Positions 39,813 through 52,744 of a stretch of 64,000 nucleotides of DNA are shown one piece after another. The notes below the pieces were generated by a model that ran no database searches, was not told the origin of the DNA, and was given only the letters and a program-made list of their open reading frames with translations. A program made the translations under genes and the position numbers. The stretch covers positions 118,978,001 to 119,042,000 of the forward strand of contig OZ024742.1 in assembly GCA_964016885.1 (NCBI GenBank). Direction: 5' to 3'. The stretch comes from Eledone cirrhosa. Lineage: Eukaryota. The first letter of the stretch is position 1, and every line of letters begins with the position of its first letter.

Positions 39813-40975
39813 TGTCAAGTGTTTGTTTCTCTTGTGTGGTATTCATTAAACCTTTTGATACCAAACTGCCTGAAACTCTGCCTGGTTCTATGATACAAAA
39901 TTATTTGTCTAAAACATTCCATCATAATTTTATGAAAGAAACTTTATTAAACTATGTTTTAAATACCAAGGTATTAGTGAGAAAGTTAGTTATATTACTG
40001 AATCCCTCCAAATTCTTGATTATTTTTTGAAAACTATTTGAAAGTTATAGGCAGCGTTTTTTTATTGGAAATATTGTAATGGAAGGGCTAATGAATAAAT
40101 ATCTGAATTTCTATTTTACAATAAAATTAGTGGTGATGTATTTGTTTTGTAAGGTTTTTGATAATCACTGAGGATGTCACAGATATGTGTGACGAAAGAA
40201 CTTTAAGAAACTATATTTATATTTATAACTGTTGCTCAGTGATAAACATTGCTTACCAGCTAAATTGTTTATAGAAATATAAAAAATATACGGAAGGAAA
40301 AACCAAACGAAACAGTGAGTGTATTTTACTTTTTTTTTTCTGGTATTATTAGGGACAATATGACTCCCTAAATATAACAATAAAATTAGTACTTATGTAA
40401 AATAATAGCAAGATTAACAAAATAAAAATAATGGAAAAGTGGACATAAAATGATGATGGTGATAATAATTGTTTCTACTTTTGGCACAAGGCCAGCAATT
40501 ATTCCAGTGTATTACTGGTACTTTATTTTATCGACCCCGTAAGGATGAAAGGCAAGGGATTTTTATTTTATTTTAGAGATCTTTGCAACAAGCAACAGGA
40601 ACCTCATTCAGTGCAAAGGCTAACTTATTTCCTTATGCCAAATTATATAAGGCTCAATGGTTCTATAGCTATGGTGATGAACTACATAGTTATAAATTGC
40701 AATCTTATAGTCATTGTGTTATTTATGTGCTACTATAAGATGAAACAGAATACTTGCTTCAGTTAGCCTGACTGAAAACATACAAAAAAAACAACAAAAA
40801 AACACGACATGAAAAACAAGTTCTCTTCTTAATTAATGGTTCAGTGGTTATCAGTAAAAAAAGAATCTGGCTGTGAAAATAATTGCTTTCGCAAAAAACT
40901 GTTCCACTCATGCAAGTAGAGAAAATTTGATATCAAACTAGAAAGTATTAACGATTCTTAGCTACCTCTCTTTAA

Positions 40976-41170
40976 CCCTTCAGCATTTACATTACTCTAT
41001 ATTTACTATTGTATTTTCACAGTAAACGCTTAATCTCACATAATATCGAAGCTACAAAGACTTTGATGTTATTTATTTTGAGAACAATACCTCAACATTG
41101 GTATGAGTGGTCGAATACAGCCGGTTTGAACAGAAAGAGGTGAGAGATTTCTGGTTTAAATACTAAAGGG
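40976..41170. mobile_element. piggyBac-type MITE, same family
   Basis: TTAA|CCCTT...AAAGGG|TTAA. Further copies near 9179-9400, 37790-37960 and 42090-42257. Confidence 0.8.
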
Positions 41171-43567
41171 TTAAATCTTGTTTCTTTCTTCAAATAGAAA
41201 TAAAGATAGATTTCTATGAATATTGTTTTCCTAGATTCATTTGAAAGGAAAATAAGAGCAAATTGGCAAAGTCATTAGGGCATTGGATTAAAAATGTCTT
41301 GCTATTTGTACCATCTTATTGCCAAGTTTAACTTTACCTTTTAATAAAGTATCAGTTAGGCACTGGGGTTGATTCTTCCTCTTTTTATTACTATTCAGAG
41401 ACAAGATGCCACAACCAAAAATAGAACCTTATCAAGATTTTATGTTTTTATGTCTACCCCAAATTCTTTCAGATACAACTTATTCCAATAAAATGGTTGT
41501 TACTCTGTTTAGTTTTTGTCATAGTCAGTTAACCAAATCTAACCTTCAATTTATTAGGGATTACCAATTAATATGAGTTTCCATCTTAAAGTGTTTCTCT
41601 ATAAATCCACTGATTTGTCAAGGTTATGCACATAGAATTTTATTGCAATAAAGAAACTATTTTTTGGGACTTCATTGAAGAATATACCAATTCCATCTAA
41701 AAATGAATATCTCTACCTCCTAATCCAAAAAAGGTGTGATTTTATTAAGACAAATGGTTAATATTTTTTCAAATTAGTGTGGTGGATTGGCAGAATTGAT
41801 AAAGTGTTAGATTCCATTGTGGTTTTTGTTCTGGCTTTTACATTCTGAGTTCAAATCCTACCAAGGTCAACTCTGCCTTTCATCCTTGTTCTTTCTCTGA
41901 TGATGTGGGATATTGGTGATAAATTTCCATGGAGAAGTTCTTTCGTAGGGTGTTGTCTCCAGTAGACGTCCAGAGCAACTCAAAGCATTCTTGTAATTTC
42001 TTTCCTTGGAAAGCTTACTGTATTTTGGAAATACTACTGCTTAAATATTTGGAATCACTAGGAATGGTTGAATGAATTTTATGATATCGTATCCGGCCAG
42101 AAATCTCTCACCTCTTTCTGTTCAAACTAGCTGTAACCAGCCACTTATACTGTGTTAAAATATTGTTCTCAAAATAAATCACATCAAAATCTCATAGATT
42201 CAATATTATGTGAAAATATAATAGTATATATAGAGCAATGTAAATGCTAAAGGGTTAGGTGTCCTCTAAAGCATGAATAAATTATAAATGATAAAAATAA
42301 TTATTCCATAGAACACACATTAAATTTTCATTTTCACTTGTATTTAAGAATAGTAATCTGAGCTGAATCCAGCCAATCCCTTTTAAAACAATGTTGGTTT
42401 CTCTGTAAAAATGCAATTTTAACTTTAATACACTCATATATTTGTTCAACTACTCGAAACTTACTTATCATATCCATTGGTTTCTTTCTTCCTCCTTTTT
42501 TTTTATATAGATAACCAGACCTCAACAATAATGTAGCTCCTTCCAGCCCTTATTTAAGTTACCTAACTTTTCCCTCTAAAGTCTCTACCTCTTAACCATG
42601 AAACTTATTCTATTACTGATGGTCTCATTGATATCTTTCAATACTGAGTTAAGAATCCTTAAAAATTTCCAAAACAAATATTTTTCTTGTTAAATATTAA
42701 ATGTGAAGTTGTGATGTTCATGCCATCTTCCAGGAGATAAGTGTTAAGTGTTATAGTTTCAATTGAGAACTGAAACTCCACAGAAATTGGCATAAGACAA
42801 CCAATTACAACTATTATTTCAGGATTAATTATCGGTTTCTAATTTAGGCATAAGGCTAGCATATTTGGAGGAAGAGCAAAGTACTTGACTGGTACATTAT
42901 TTTATCAACCCTGGAAGGATGGATAGTAAAGTTGACCACTGTGTAAAAAGCCAGAACAAATATAGCAATGACATTTTATCTGATGTTCTACCAATTCTGC
43001 CAATCCCTTTTATTTTATGATTATTAACTACACTGTCTTGGAGATAAATAACAATGGAAAGTTGCCAGTCGTTATCCAGTAAACTCATTCATATAATAGT
43101 CATTAAGAATTTATAGTAAGATATGCCAGTCATTGTGAACAGCTGCTTTCTTTATGATACTGAACAGTGCTCTTAGGCTGGACTTTTAAGATATTCTGTA
43201 AGATTAAGCTACATCATTTATTAGAAAAAATATCTGCCGTTGCCCAGATTGTAAAGTAATTCTAAATGAACCATAGCACATATCTGATTGTCTTTCTATC
43301 AACATTATTGGTTGTGTTACACAAATAATGGGCTCCACATAATCCTAGATTACAGGGAAGCACGGTAAGAGTTGGCACCACTTTCGTAGGACTTTGCTAA
43401 CACACTTTCCCATTTATTTCACTCTTATCAATGCCCTTAGAAAGGTCATAAGAGGTTTGGTAAAAGTCATGTTGATAACATCACACCTTAACTTTCTTGC
43501 CAAATCATAGTTATTAATTTTGTGACTAGCTTCTAGTAGTAGTGGTTATCAACTCCAGAGCCGTCAT

Positions 43568-43760
43568 CAGACCTGCCAACCTCTAAAAATCCGAACAGGG
43601 AGTACCATGAAAAACAGTGCCCCCAAACGGGGATAAATTACGCAAAATGGGGAGATTTTACATAATGAAAGCTATACCCATTTTCACAAGAGAAGACATC
43701 TCTCACCCACCCAAAGTGGGTGGGAGATCTCCCCATTGGACGGGGAGAATTGACAGTCTG
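43568..43760. mobile_element. Short MITE with imperfect TIRs
   Basis: cagacctgccaac ... ttgacagtctg, flanked by CAT on both sides; superfamily uncertain. Confidence 0.5.
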
Positions 43761-44630
43761 CATCATGATCATAATCGCCATTTTCTTTCATTTGATTGTG
43801 AATTTATTGATAGTAAATCACATGAATACTATGATTAGGTACACTACATTATGCATGAAAGGTTCTATTACATATCCTGGAGCGTCAAAACAAAAAGAAA
43901 AAAATTTTAAAGTATTGTGCATGTGGAACAGGTCCATAAGAATTTGATAGGTAAAGCCAGATAATCTGGAGGTCCTTTCTTTCCCTCTTAGTATGCTGAA
44001 TTAAACTTGTGTGATATCTGTATATAGATATGTATATACAGACACATACACACATATGTAAAGAGGTAATTGTTCTTTGGACTATTTTTGTACAATACAC
44101 TGCATAGCTAACAAGCATCACTATAACAAGAATTAAGTTAATGTTTAATTTAAGTTTTAATACATTTTAATGAAGAAATCCTATTTATGATGTTCAGACA
44201 AATGAAATTTAAAAAAAATGGCGATTCGTTAAAATAGTGAAGTTTGAAACCAAGAAACATCTACAAATCAGAGCTAACGAGAGAACCTTTACACTGTCGC
44301 TGCATCCACTGGAAATAGCAGTCAAATCTCCCAATATTACACATTGTAGTCTTAAAAAACGAAGGCCAGGTTTGAAAAATGACGTAATGGCCACGAATAG
44401 AACGTCTTTGACCTCAGGTCTACTTGGTCAAGACTGACCTAAGGTTAAACAACAACATCATTCACCGTTTGGAAATTTTTATTATTTTTCGGTAAGAAAA
44501 TATTTTTAAAACGTTAAAAATCATTTATTTTTTCTTCAAAACAGTAAACACCATGTTGTTAAATGAAATAACCTTGAGAAAAAGTAATAAAAATGTGCGT
44601 AGAAAAGAGAAAAGATTAACCTTTAAAGTA

Positions 44631-45923
44631 TTACGTCAACATAGTTATATCTTTATTCAAGAGATCCTGTTGATTAGTTACAGTCGGAGAAATTTGATTG
44701 TCTCCGCTAATACAAGCTTTTACAGGATCAACAAAGGCTATTTGTTTTGGAGTTGGAGCTAATTCTGGATGACATAAAAGACAAGATATGATATCTTTAT
44801 TCGGTGCCAAACAGAACGGTCGCATTTTTGCTCCATATTTATAGTAATAACCTTCTTTCTTACTATATTCTGAAACATTATAGTCAAAGTAGCAAGATTT
44901 CCTTACACCACCAGCATGATGTAATGGCCTTTCTCTTTGCCAATATTGGCTGCTTGGGAGAATAGACATTACTTCTTCACAGCATATTCGGCTGACCACC
45001 CCACGATAACCTATTTTCTTGAACAGCTGATCTCGTTTTTTAAGAAAATGTGGGAAACTGGTAGGCCAACTTTTTCCCATGGCCCACGGGAATATTTCAT
45101 ACTTGAGCTCTTCTTCATCTTCTTCCATATCGCTAGCAAGGTAAAGAGCAACAAAGAAGTTATATGAGGTATATTTATCAGCTACATAGCCTGCTCGCTT
45201 GAAATATACAAATGTTTCTGCCAGGAGATATTTATCGGAAAGACGATAACAAGAATCTCTTTCCAAAAACTCAGCAATAACATCGCTTTGAAGTAGTTTA
45301 AAAAATCTTATCAACTCGTTGGTTTTCACTGTATATTCATTTGGTGCCAATGACAGTAACTTGGAACTGTTAAACTTTGCTAATGGAACATATTTTGAGC
45401 CAGACAGTTTCCGGTTAATTTGTTCTGTTTCTTCGTATTGAAGACTAACATGCATCTGCCATTCGTTATAAAGACGTAATAATTCTTGACGTTGTTTCAC
45501 ATTATCTTCGAATTGTTTCAGAAGAAATGTTTCTGTAGATCTGTTCGACAAAATGTCATTCAATTTCCAGTCGGTCACCCGAGATAGGTGCCGAGGTACA
45601 TATGGTACAGCTTTAAATATTTTCTGCTGTCTTTTCTTTTGTCGCCATTCATAAGTCTTTGTTTTTCTTTCACTTAATGTCCCATCTTTACTTTTCGATG
45701 ATTTCCTTGAAGAATTACGATCTTTTGTTACTTTCAATCCTTTGCATCCTGTCTTAGATATAGAGTTTAAATATTGACTATTGACTCCCATTACTTTTGC
45801 TGGTAGATAGTTATAGGCTGGAGGTAAAGGAGTATTTGGTATATTGACACTTTTTTGACGCAATTTCTGACAAGCAGCTCTACAGCTAGAAGATGTATTA
45901 CAATATTTCAGTTTTGTTTCCAT
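44631..45923 (-). CDS. SPDYA: Speedy/RINGO-family CDK activator, single-exon CDS, 430 aa
   Basis: Uninterrupted ORF with a Speedy/RINGO box: FFKLL...[23 protein letters not shown]...[29 protein letters not shown]...[13 protein letters not shown]...[11 protein letters not shown]. The symbol is family-level; orthology was not tested. Confidence 0.93.
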   Translation of the reverse strand: METKLKYCNTSSSCRAACQKLRQKSVNIPNTPLPPAYNYLPAKVMGVNSQYLNSISKTGCKGLKVTKDRNSSRKSSKSKDGTLSERKTKTYEWRQKKRQQKIFKAVPYVPRHLSRVTDWKLNDILSNRSTETFLLKQFEDNVKQRQELLRLYNEWQMHVSLQYEETEQINRKLSGSKYVPLAKFNSSKLLSLAPNEYTVKTNELIRFFKLLQSDVIAEFLERDSCYRLSDKYLLAETFVYFKRAGYVADKYTSYNFFVALYLASDMEEDEEELKYEIFPWAMGKSWPTSFPHFLKKRDQLFKKIGYRGVVSRICCEEVMSILPSSQYWQRERPLHHAGGVRKSCYFDYNVSEYSKKEGYYYKYGAKMRPFCLAPNKDIISCLLCHPELAPTPKQIAFVDPVKACISGDNQISPTVTNQQDLLNKDITMLT

Positions 45924-46585
45924 TACTTCAACGTGAAATATTTAAGGAATATTAAAACTCTACTCTGCCTATAAATCAGAGTATGAAAGATCGGGAGTAT
46001 GAAGAGATACGTACATCTAACATCAAGAAGAGATCTTAGTGCAACAATTCGGTGATTTGTTGAAAAGTTAATAAGGATTCTTTCTTCTTGCTCTTGCTCG
46101 ATGGACTGGGGGTCATCCTAGGTCAGCGATCCCAGAGGCGTCATCGTGCGTAGAGCCGACTAATAACGGCTCATTTTCATATTTTATATTTCACTGAAAT
46201 ATTTTCCAACAAACTCTCAGTACCTTGTAATAGGTATCTTCAATAACTTCGTGGACATCAATATACACAACAAACAGACATATGTATTTGTGTACGCGCG
46301 TGTGTGTGTGCGCGCGCGTGTGTGTGAGTGTGTGCGTGCGTGAGTGTGAAGGAATTCGTAAATAATATAACACCAAGAAGATATATTAGTGCAACGATTC
46401 GATGATTTGTTGATAGGTTAATTAAGATTTACTTCCATATTTTATATTTTACTGAAATATTTTTCAACAAACTCTCAATAACCCAGCCTATATAAACACA
46501 CGAAACAGACTTGCATGTGTGTGAGTGCGTGCATGCGTGTGTATGCATGTGTGCGCGCGCGTATACATATATAAATCACTCTCTC

Positions 46586-46620
<35 letters not shown>

Positions 46621-46621
<1 letters not shown>

Positions 46622-46700
46622 AAGAGTGTCCCCCCAAAATGTATACACATATTTATTAGAATGCTGTTGAAGTGTGTATACATTTTTTGGGACACCCTGT
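46621..46700. mobile_element. Tiny Tc1/mariner-like palindromic MITE in a TA tract
   Basis: gtgtccccccaaaatgtatacac ... gtgtatacattttttgggacaccctgta inverted repeat with TA flanks. Confidence 0.6.
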
Positions 46701-46999
46701 ATATATATATGTAGTCCTGTGTATATAGTCCTACGCATTTTCTAATTCTATAAACGATGTCAACCAGAGTCATTGTCAATTTTGACAGGAAGGACACATT
46801 AGAAAAAAGAAAAATGCTGGTTGTTCACACTCAGAACACTTTTTGTCCTAGGTATGTGACGAAAAAAAAATCGATTATTGGGGATAGGGGTGGAAATTAA
46901 AATTATCTTAGCCCCTCAGATGGCATAAGGTGGTGAGGCAGGTGAGCTCATTGAACCCATACGGCGGGGTTGGGGCATTCTAAAACCAAATGAGTCTTT

Positions 47000-47830
47000 A
47001 AACACAACGTTCAGGAAGATGGATGAATCTCTACTATAGGGGCGAGAGCTAAGTTTGTCAGTTTATGCCACTGATGAGGATAGACGGAAGCAGAGAGTAT
47101 GGGATAATCTGCGTTCGAGTGATACCTTCAAATCTCTCTTTGATCAATTTGATCAATTCTCAAGGTGTCGCATACTTTCAGCAAGCGCAAAATTCTCGAG
47201 GAACTGAGGAGGTGTACTGCCTGTGGTCAGCATTGGTGGTCTTCTCAGTCTGGACGAGCTCCGCATCTCCATTGCATCCAAAGTGAGAAACAATGGCTAT
47301 GAGGATCTGAAAGGTCGCTGTGACAGCCCCCTCGACTCCACAGGTCTCCATAGTTTGTCTTGCCGCCTGAATGCTGGTCACTTCGCCCTCCACACCGAGC
47401 TAAACCTGATCATTAAGCGGGCCCTAGCTTGAGTAAATATCCTCTCAGTTCTGGAGCCTGCTAGATTATCCAGAATTGATTGGAAGAAATCAGATTGTCT
47501 TACCCTTTATCCGTGGGTAAGAGGTAGGTGTCTCATCTGGGACGCTACAGTTAGTGATTCCTTTGCTCCCTCCCACATTCTGGATGCCCCGGTAAATGTG
47601 AGGGTCACTACTCCATAGCCGTAGCTGAACGGAATAAAATCCTAAAATATCGAGAATTATCAACTAAATATTTTTCCTGCCTGTCGCATTTGAGACGTTT
47701 GGTGGACATGGGCCCTGACAGCGAAGTTCTTATAAACGTTAGCAGCTCGCCATACCGAGGTGTCAAGTGATGCCTGCGAGGGTGCTTGGTTGTTTCAGTA
47801 ATGCTGCGACCGTGTTGGCTTGCCTCAACA
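47000..47830 (+). mobile_element. Decayed non-LTR retrotransposon C-terminus with CCHC finger and restriction-like endonuclease (CRE-like)
   Basis: CD..LDSTGLHSLSC...H..LNLIIKRAL...LEP..LSR.D.KK.D.LTLYPW.RGR.LIWDATVSD matches the RLE domain pattern. Confidence 0.75.
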
Positions 47831-48586
47831 AATTCCCATGACCCTTGTGATGTATGACCGATTAGTGTTTAATTGATGGAGTTTTTTCTGTTTAATCTTA
47901 TATACTTGTCACATGATAATAAAAGCTTTCTCTCGAGGGCCAAGATTTAGTATTTAGTATGAAAGCGAATATTCCATAGGTAATGAGATTCACAAAGATA
48001 TGAAAATTATTAAGTTTGAGGGTCACACAAAATAATTGCACTACACCATTATCCTTTATTGAGTATAGGTATAAACATTTTTGTGTTGTAAGCAGAACCT
48101 TAAAGACTACCAAAAACTCGATAATAAAACCTTACCGATAGCGTACATTTACTTTGTGATTATCAATTTAAGACTGTTATAATAGTAAATATGCTATGGC
48201 CATGCCATGAGTTCTAATCTCTTGGTGGAGTTGTACTGGTACCGTCTTTACATTCGAGGCACGGTGGAGCCCATTCCTCTCCAGGTCGGAACTCAGACGA
48301 TTTCTTTCGTTCTACAACAAGATCCTCAACATAACAGGACATAAATTGCTGCGTTCATATCAAGTGTTGTTTGCTGCATTCATATCCAATGAAAAAGATT
48401 GTAGCATCTTTACCAGAGGCTTGATTCATAGCAGAGCTTGTTCAAAGGGGATGAAGAAAACACAAAAGTTTGAAGACGAAAGTGTTTGAAGCAGCTTGTC
48501 CTCAGTTTGTCTCTCAATGCATAGCATAACACAATGAATACTAACGGACCCAGCAAATATTGGACAAGCTTTTCACCTCTACTAAC

Positions 48587-51500
48587 CGTGGGTATGGTAT
48601 GGTGTGCGGTGGCCGGAGGCTGGGGAGTGCTCGACCGGAAGAGTGCTTGACCGGAAGGGTGCTCGACCGGAAGGGCCAGCAGGTTTGCTTCTCTCTAGCG
48701 TGGTCAGCGAAGGTGGTGGACGTCAGTTTTGGAGCTCCCAGTTAACGAGTTGGATTGTACGCACGTGGGAGAGGAGAAACCAACCATTGGATTACCGGTG
48801 CCAGCAATAAGCGGTAAGTGAAGTAGCTTTTTCTAACCACAAGCTATTTCGACACTGGAAGACGATAAAAAAAAAGAACTTTCTCGAAAACAAAGCTACT
48901 GGAAAACAGAGAGGAGTCTGTTGTTTTTTATTACTTACCGCAGGACAAACTTAGGATATGGCGACGAGATTACGAATGAGCGGAGAAGCGATTAGAGCAT
49001 TTACCGGCGAAGGCGATGTTGTCGCCTGGTTGCGAAAAGTCCGGCTGGTCGCAAGCTTACAGAAGATAGAAGATGTGGCTGGCCTCAATGCACTGTACCT
49101 CGAAGGAGATGCGTTGGCACTCTTCCTAGAGATGGATGAACACAGCCAAAGGGATGCGCAAATGATTGAGAGGCGTATGCTGGAAGCGTTCGCGGAAGGA
49201 CCGTTACCCGCTTTTGCTAAGCTGGCAAGGATTAGATGGAACGGTGAACGCGTTGACATTTTCGCAGCGGAAATACGGCGATTGGCCATGTTGGCTGGAT
49301 ATCAGGTGGAATGCGAACGCACGGTGCGGTTGGCGTTCATAAATGGATTTCCAGACGACGTAGCGGTGAAACTGCAGCAAGTCCCGGGTTACAAAGAAAT
49401 GGAGATGCGTGCACTGGTGGAGCAAGCCCCCGCATCATAGGAGAAGATGCCAAGAAGAGTGTCGCGACGATAGCAATGACAAAGGTCCAAGGTAGCCGGC
49501 AGCGATATGGTGAAAGGGAGGCAACCACGGCACGCAGTCGTCCGCGAACGTTTAGAGGTCGTTGTTTTAGGTGCCAGGGCCCGCACATGGCGAGAGACTG
49601 TAGAGAGTCAAGGCCGAACAAAATATGCTACCGGTGTAAGCGACCAGGCCACATCGCTACTAGCTGCGACTAGGGAGACGATCCAAGGGGAACTACTGCG
49701 CCGGTAGCTGCCCCTTACGAGTAGAGGCGCTGCTCGTGGTGAAAGTCTTCGTGAAGGGAAATCCACAGCGAGCCCTCTTGGACACGGGCTGTACGACGAC
49801 ACTGGTAACCGCGGGGGTGGCGCAGAGGTGGAGAGGGAAGAGTAGCGTAAGGGCAGTCGACGGTAGGAACATTGAATGCCGAGGTGGAGATGGCGATACG
49901 GGGAAAGAAAATAAGGCTTTCTGCCATCGTAGTCGACAACGTGGTGGATGGGATCGGCGTAGTTATGGGCATGGACGCAATTGGCCGTCTACGAGGCGTC
50001 ACAGTGAACAATGTCGGTGTGTCGTTTGGCGGCGCTGCATCGGTATGCGCTGTGAGTACGCGACAGGAGAACCAGAAGGCCCACGAGGAGAAATATCCCG
50101 CTTACACTGTACAGGACAAAGACTTCAAGGCCGTGTTCGATGGGTTGTTGAGTGGTACTGAAAGGGAGAACCACCAACACTGAAGACCAAAGTGGGCTGC
50201 TATCAACACACATTGAAGGGAGACATTAGGAGCGAGAGGTAGAGGGATGGATTGAGGAGGGCATACTGCTTCCTTGGAAAGAGGAGGTGAAGTGTGGAGT
50301 ATTGCCGTTAATGGTGGTGGCGCAACCCACGAAGAACAAGGTGAGGCCGGTACTGGACTTTCGGGAGTTGAACGAGCACGTGTCATGCCACACGGGTGGC
50401 GAGGTCACGGATGTCTGTGGGGAAACCCTGCGTGAGTGAAGACGCATGACGGGGGCTTCCGCAATCGTCGATCTAAAGTCGGCATACTTACAATTACACA
50501 TAGAAGAGAAGCTCTGGCAGTATCAGCTGGTCAGGTATAAGGGCCGGACATATTGCCTGACCAGGCTCGGTTTCGAGCTGAACTCTGCACCGAAGATCAT
50601 GGCGGCGGTCGTCAAGACCATTCTGGGAAAGGCCGACAAGATGAAGAGGGCCACTAATTCCTACATTGACGACATCCTAGTGGACGAGTCTGTAGTGTCG
50701 GCGGCGGAGGTCACGAGCCATTTACAGGGGTATGGATTGGCTGCGAAGCCGTCAGAAGCGTTGGAGGGAGGAGCCGCGCTGGGACTTAGGCTACGGCGAG
50801 ACAGGACGGGCGTGTTAGTATTCCAGAGGGGAAATGAAGTTCCAGAACTGGGCCCAAGTATGAGTAAGCGGGAACTTTTCTCGGCGTGTGGAAAGTTGGT
50901 GGGTCACTACTCGATTGCTGGGTGGCTCCGGACGGCATGCAGCTATGTCAAGAGACGAGCGGGCGGGGTGACTTGGAGTGACAGAGTGGGAGAGAGGACG
51001 GTGGCCATGATGCAGGAGATCGTGGAGAGGGTGAAGGCCGACGACCCAGTGCGGGGACGCTGGTATGTTCCCAAATCGCAGAGCGGGGCCGTATGGTGCG
51101 ATGCCAGCAGCATAGCGCTAGGTGTCACGTTGGAGATAGGAGGTGTTGAGGTTGAGGATGCAGCCTGGCGTAGGAAGAAGGACGATTGCAACCACATCAA
51201 TGTGGCCGAACTGGACGCGGTGTTGAGAGGCGTGAACCTCGCCTTGGAGTGGGCACTGCGCACCATCGAGATTCGCACAGACTCGGATGGGTGAGATCAG
51301 TGCTCACCAGTGAGAAGAGAGTGCGAAGGAGAGGGGCGGCGGAGATGCTGATAAAGCGCCGCCTGGGAACTTTAGGAGAGCTGGCCACCGCGTTCGACCT
51401 GAGGCTGAGCGTAGTTTTCGTGCCCTCAGAGAAAAATAGGGCGGACGTTTTAACCAGGGTGAAGAAAGCCTGGATGGAAACGCCGGAGGATGTAGAAGAG

Positions 51501-52744
51501 GAGATAGCTGCCGTGTGTCGGCTGGCCGAGTCGGATCTGAAAGGGTTGCATGACATGCACCACATGGGAGTGGATAGGACTCTGTTCTTAGCAAGGAGAA
51601 TCGACTCGGACGTTAGCAGACAGTGTTCAAAGAGTGGTTAGAGGCTGCGTCCGATGTCAGTCCATTGATCCCGCCCCGGGTGTGCACGAAACGGGAAGCC
51701 TCCCGGTGGATCGCGACTGGAAGCGATTGGCGGTGGATGTAACACACTACCGACAAGGAACATACTTCTCAATGGTCGACTGTGGACCGGAACGGATAGC
51801 GATATGGAGGGAGATGAAGACTGGAACGGCCGAGGAAATCACGCGGACGTTGAGAGAGGTGTTCTTGGAGCGGGGCCCTGTGGACGAACTGCTGATGGAC
51901 AACAGCGCAGCGTTCCGCTCGGAGGCGCTGAGGGAGATGCTCGATGGATGGAAGGTGGACCGTTTCTTCAGAGCAACGTACAGGCCGAGCGGAAATGGAA
52001 TCGGGGAGCGACACCACTGGACGATCAAAGCAATGGCGGAGCGAGGCCACATCTCACCAATGGAGGCAGTGTTCTGGTACAACATGTCTCATCGGGTGGG
52101 ACAGGTTGAGGAATCGGTGCCACACAGAGCAGTATTCAGATACGAGTGGCGGCATCCGTGCACGCCACCACAACGGCCAGTGGAGAGAGAGAATGCATTC
52201 GTGTAGGTGGGCGAAGAAGTCTGGGTTAAGCCCCCAGATGCACGTTGCACATCTCAATGGGGAAGGGGAACGGTGACAGCCGTAAATTCCCAGAACAATG
52301 TGTCGGTGGACGGAGTACCACGTCATGTCCTGGATGTCCGTAGAATTACTGTGTCAACGGACTCCGAGGAAGAGGAAACCCAAAGTGCCGCCCCAACACT
52401 GCGGAGATCGCAAAGAAGTCGCAAACCACCAACTTGGACAGCAGACTTTCATATGCAGCAGGACGAAGGGGAAATTGATCCTTGAAATCAGGAGGGCGTG
52501 TGGGTATGGTGTGGTGGGCGGTGGCCGGAGGCTGGGGAGTGCTCGACCGGAAGCCTGCTTGACAGGAAGGGTGCTCGACAGGAAGGGCCAGCAGGTCTGC
52601 CTCTCTCTAGCGTGGTCAGCGAAGGTCGTGGACGTCAGTTTTGGAGCTCTCGGTTAACGAGTTGCACGTGGGAGAGGAGAAACCAGCCATTGGATTACCG
52701 GTGCCAGCAATAAGCGGTAAGTGAAGTAGCTTTTTCCAACCACA
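48587..52744 (+). mobile_element. Full-length decayed Ty3/Gypsy LTR retrotransposon (gag-PR-RT-RH-INT)
   Basis: LTRs at 48587-48841 and 52499-52744 (TGTGG...CCACA; the 5' copy starts CG). 5-bp TSD CTAAC at 48582-48586 and 52745-52749. PPT aggagggcg. Gag zinc knuckles CFRCQGPHMARDC and CYRCKRPGHIATSC, protease LLDTG, RT YIDD, RNase H CDAS/ELDAV, integrase HHCC and D-D-E. Several frameshifts and stops. Confidence 0.95.

Noticed and set aside
48695-48803. tRNA-Leu-like sequence in the Gypsy LTR (tagcgtggtc...accggtgcca)
   Set aside because: No B box or cloverleaf; similarity is limited to short words.
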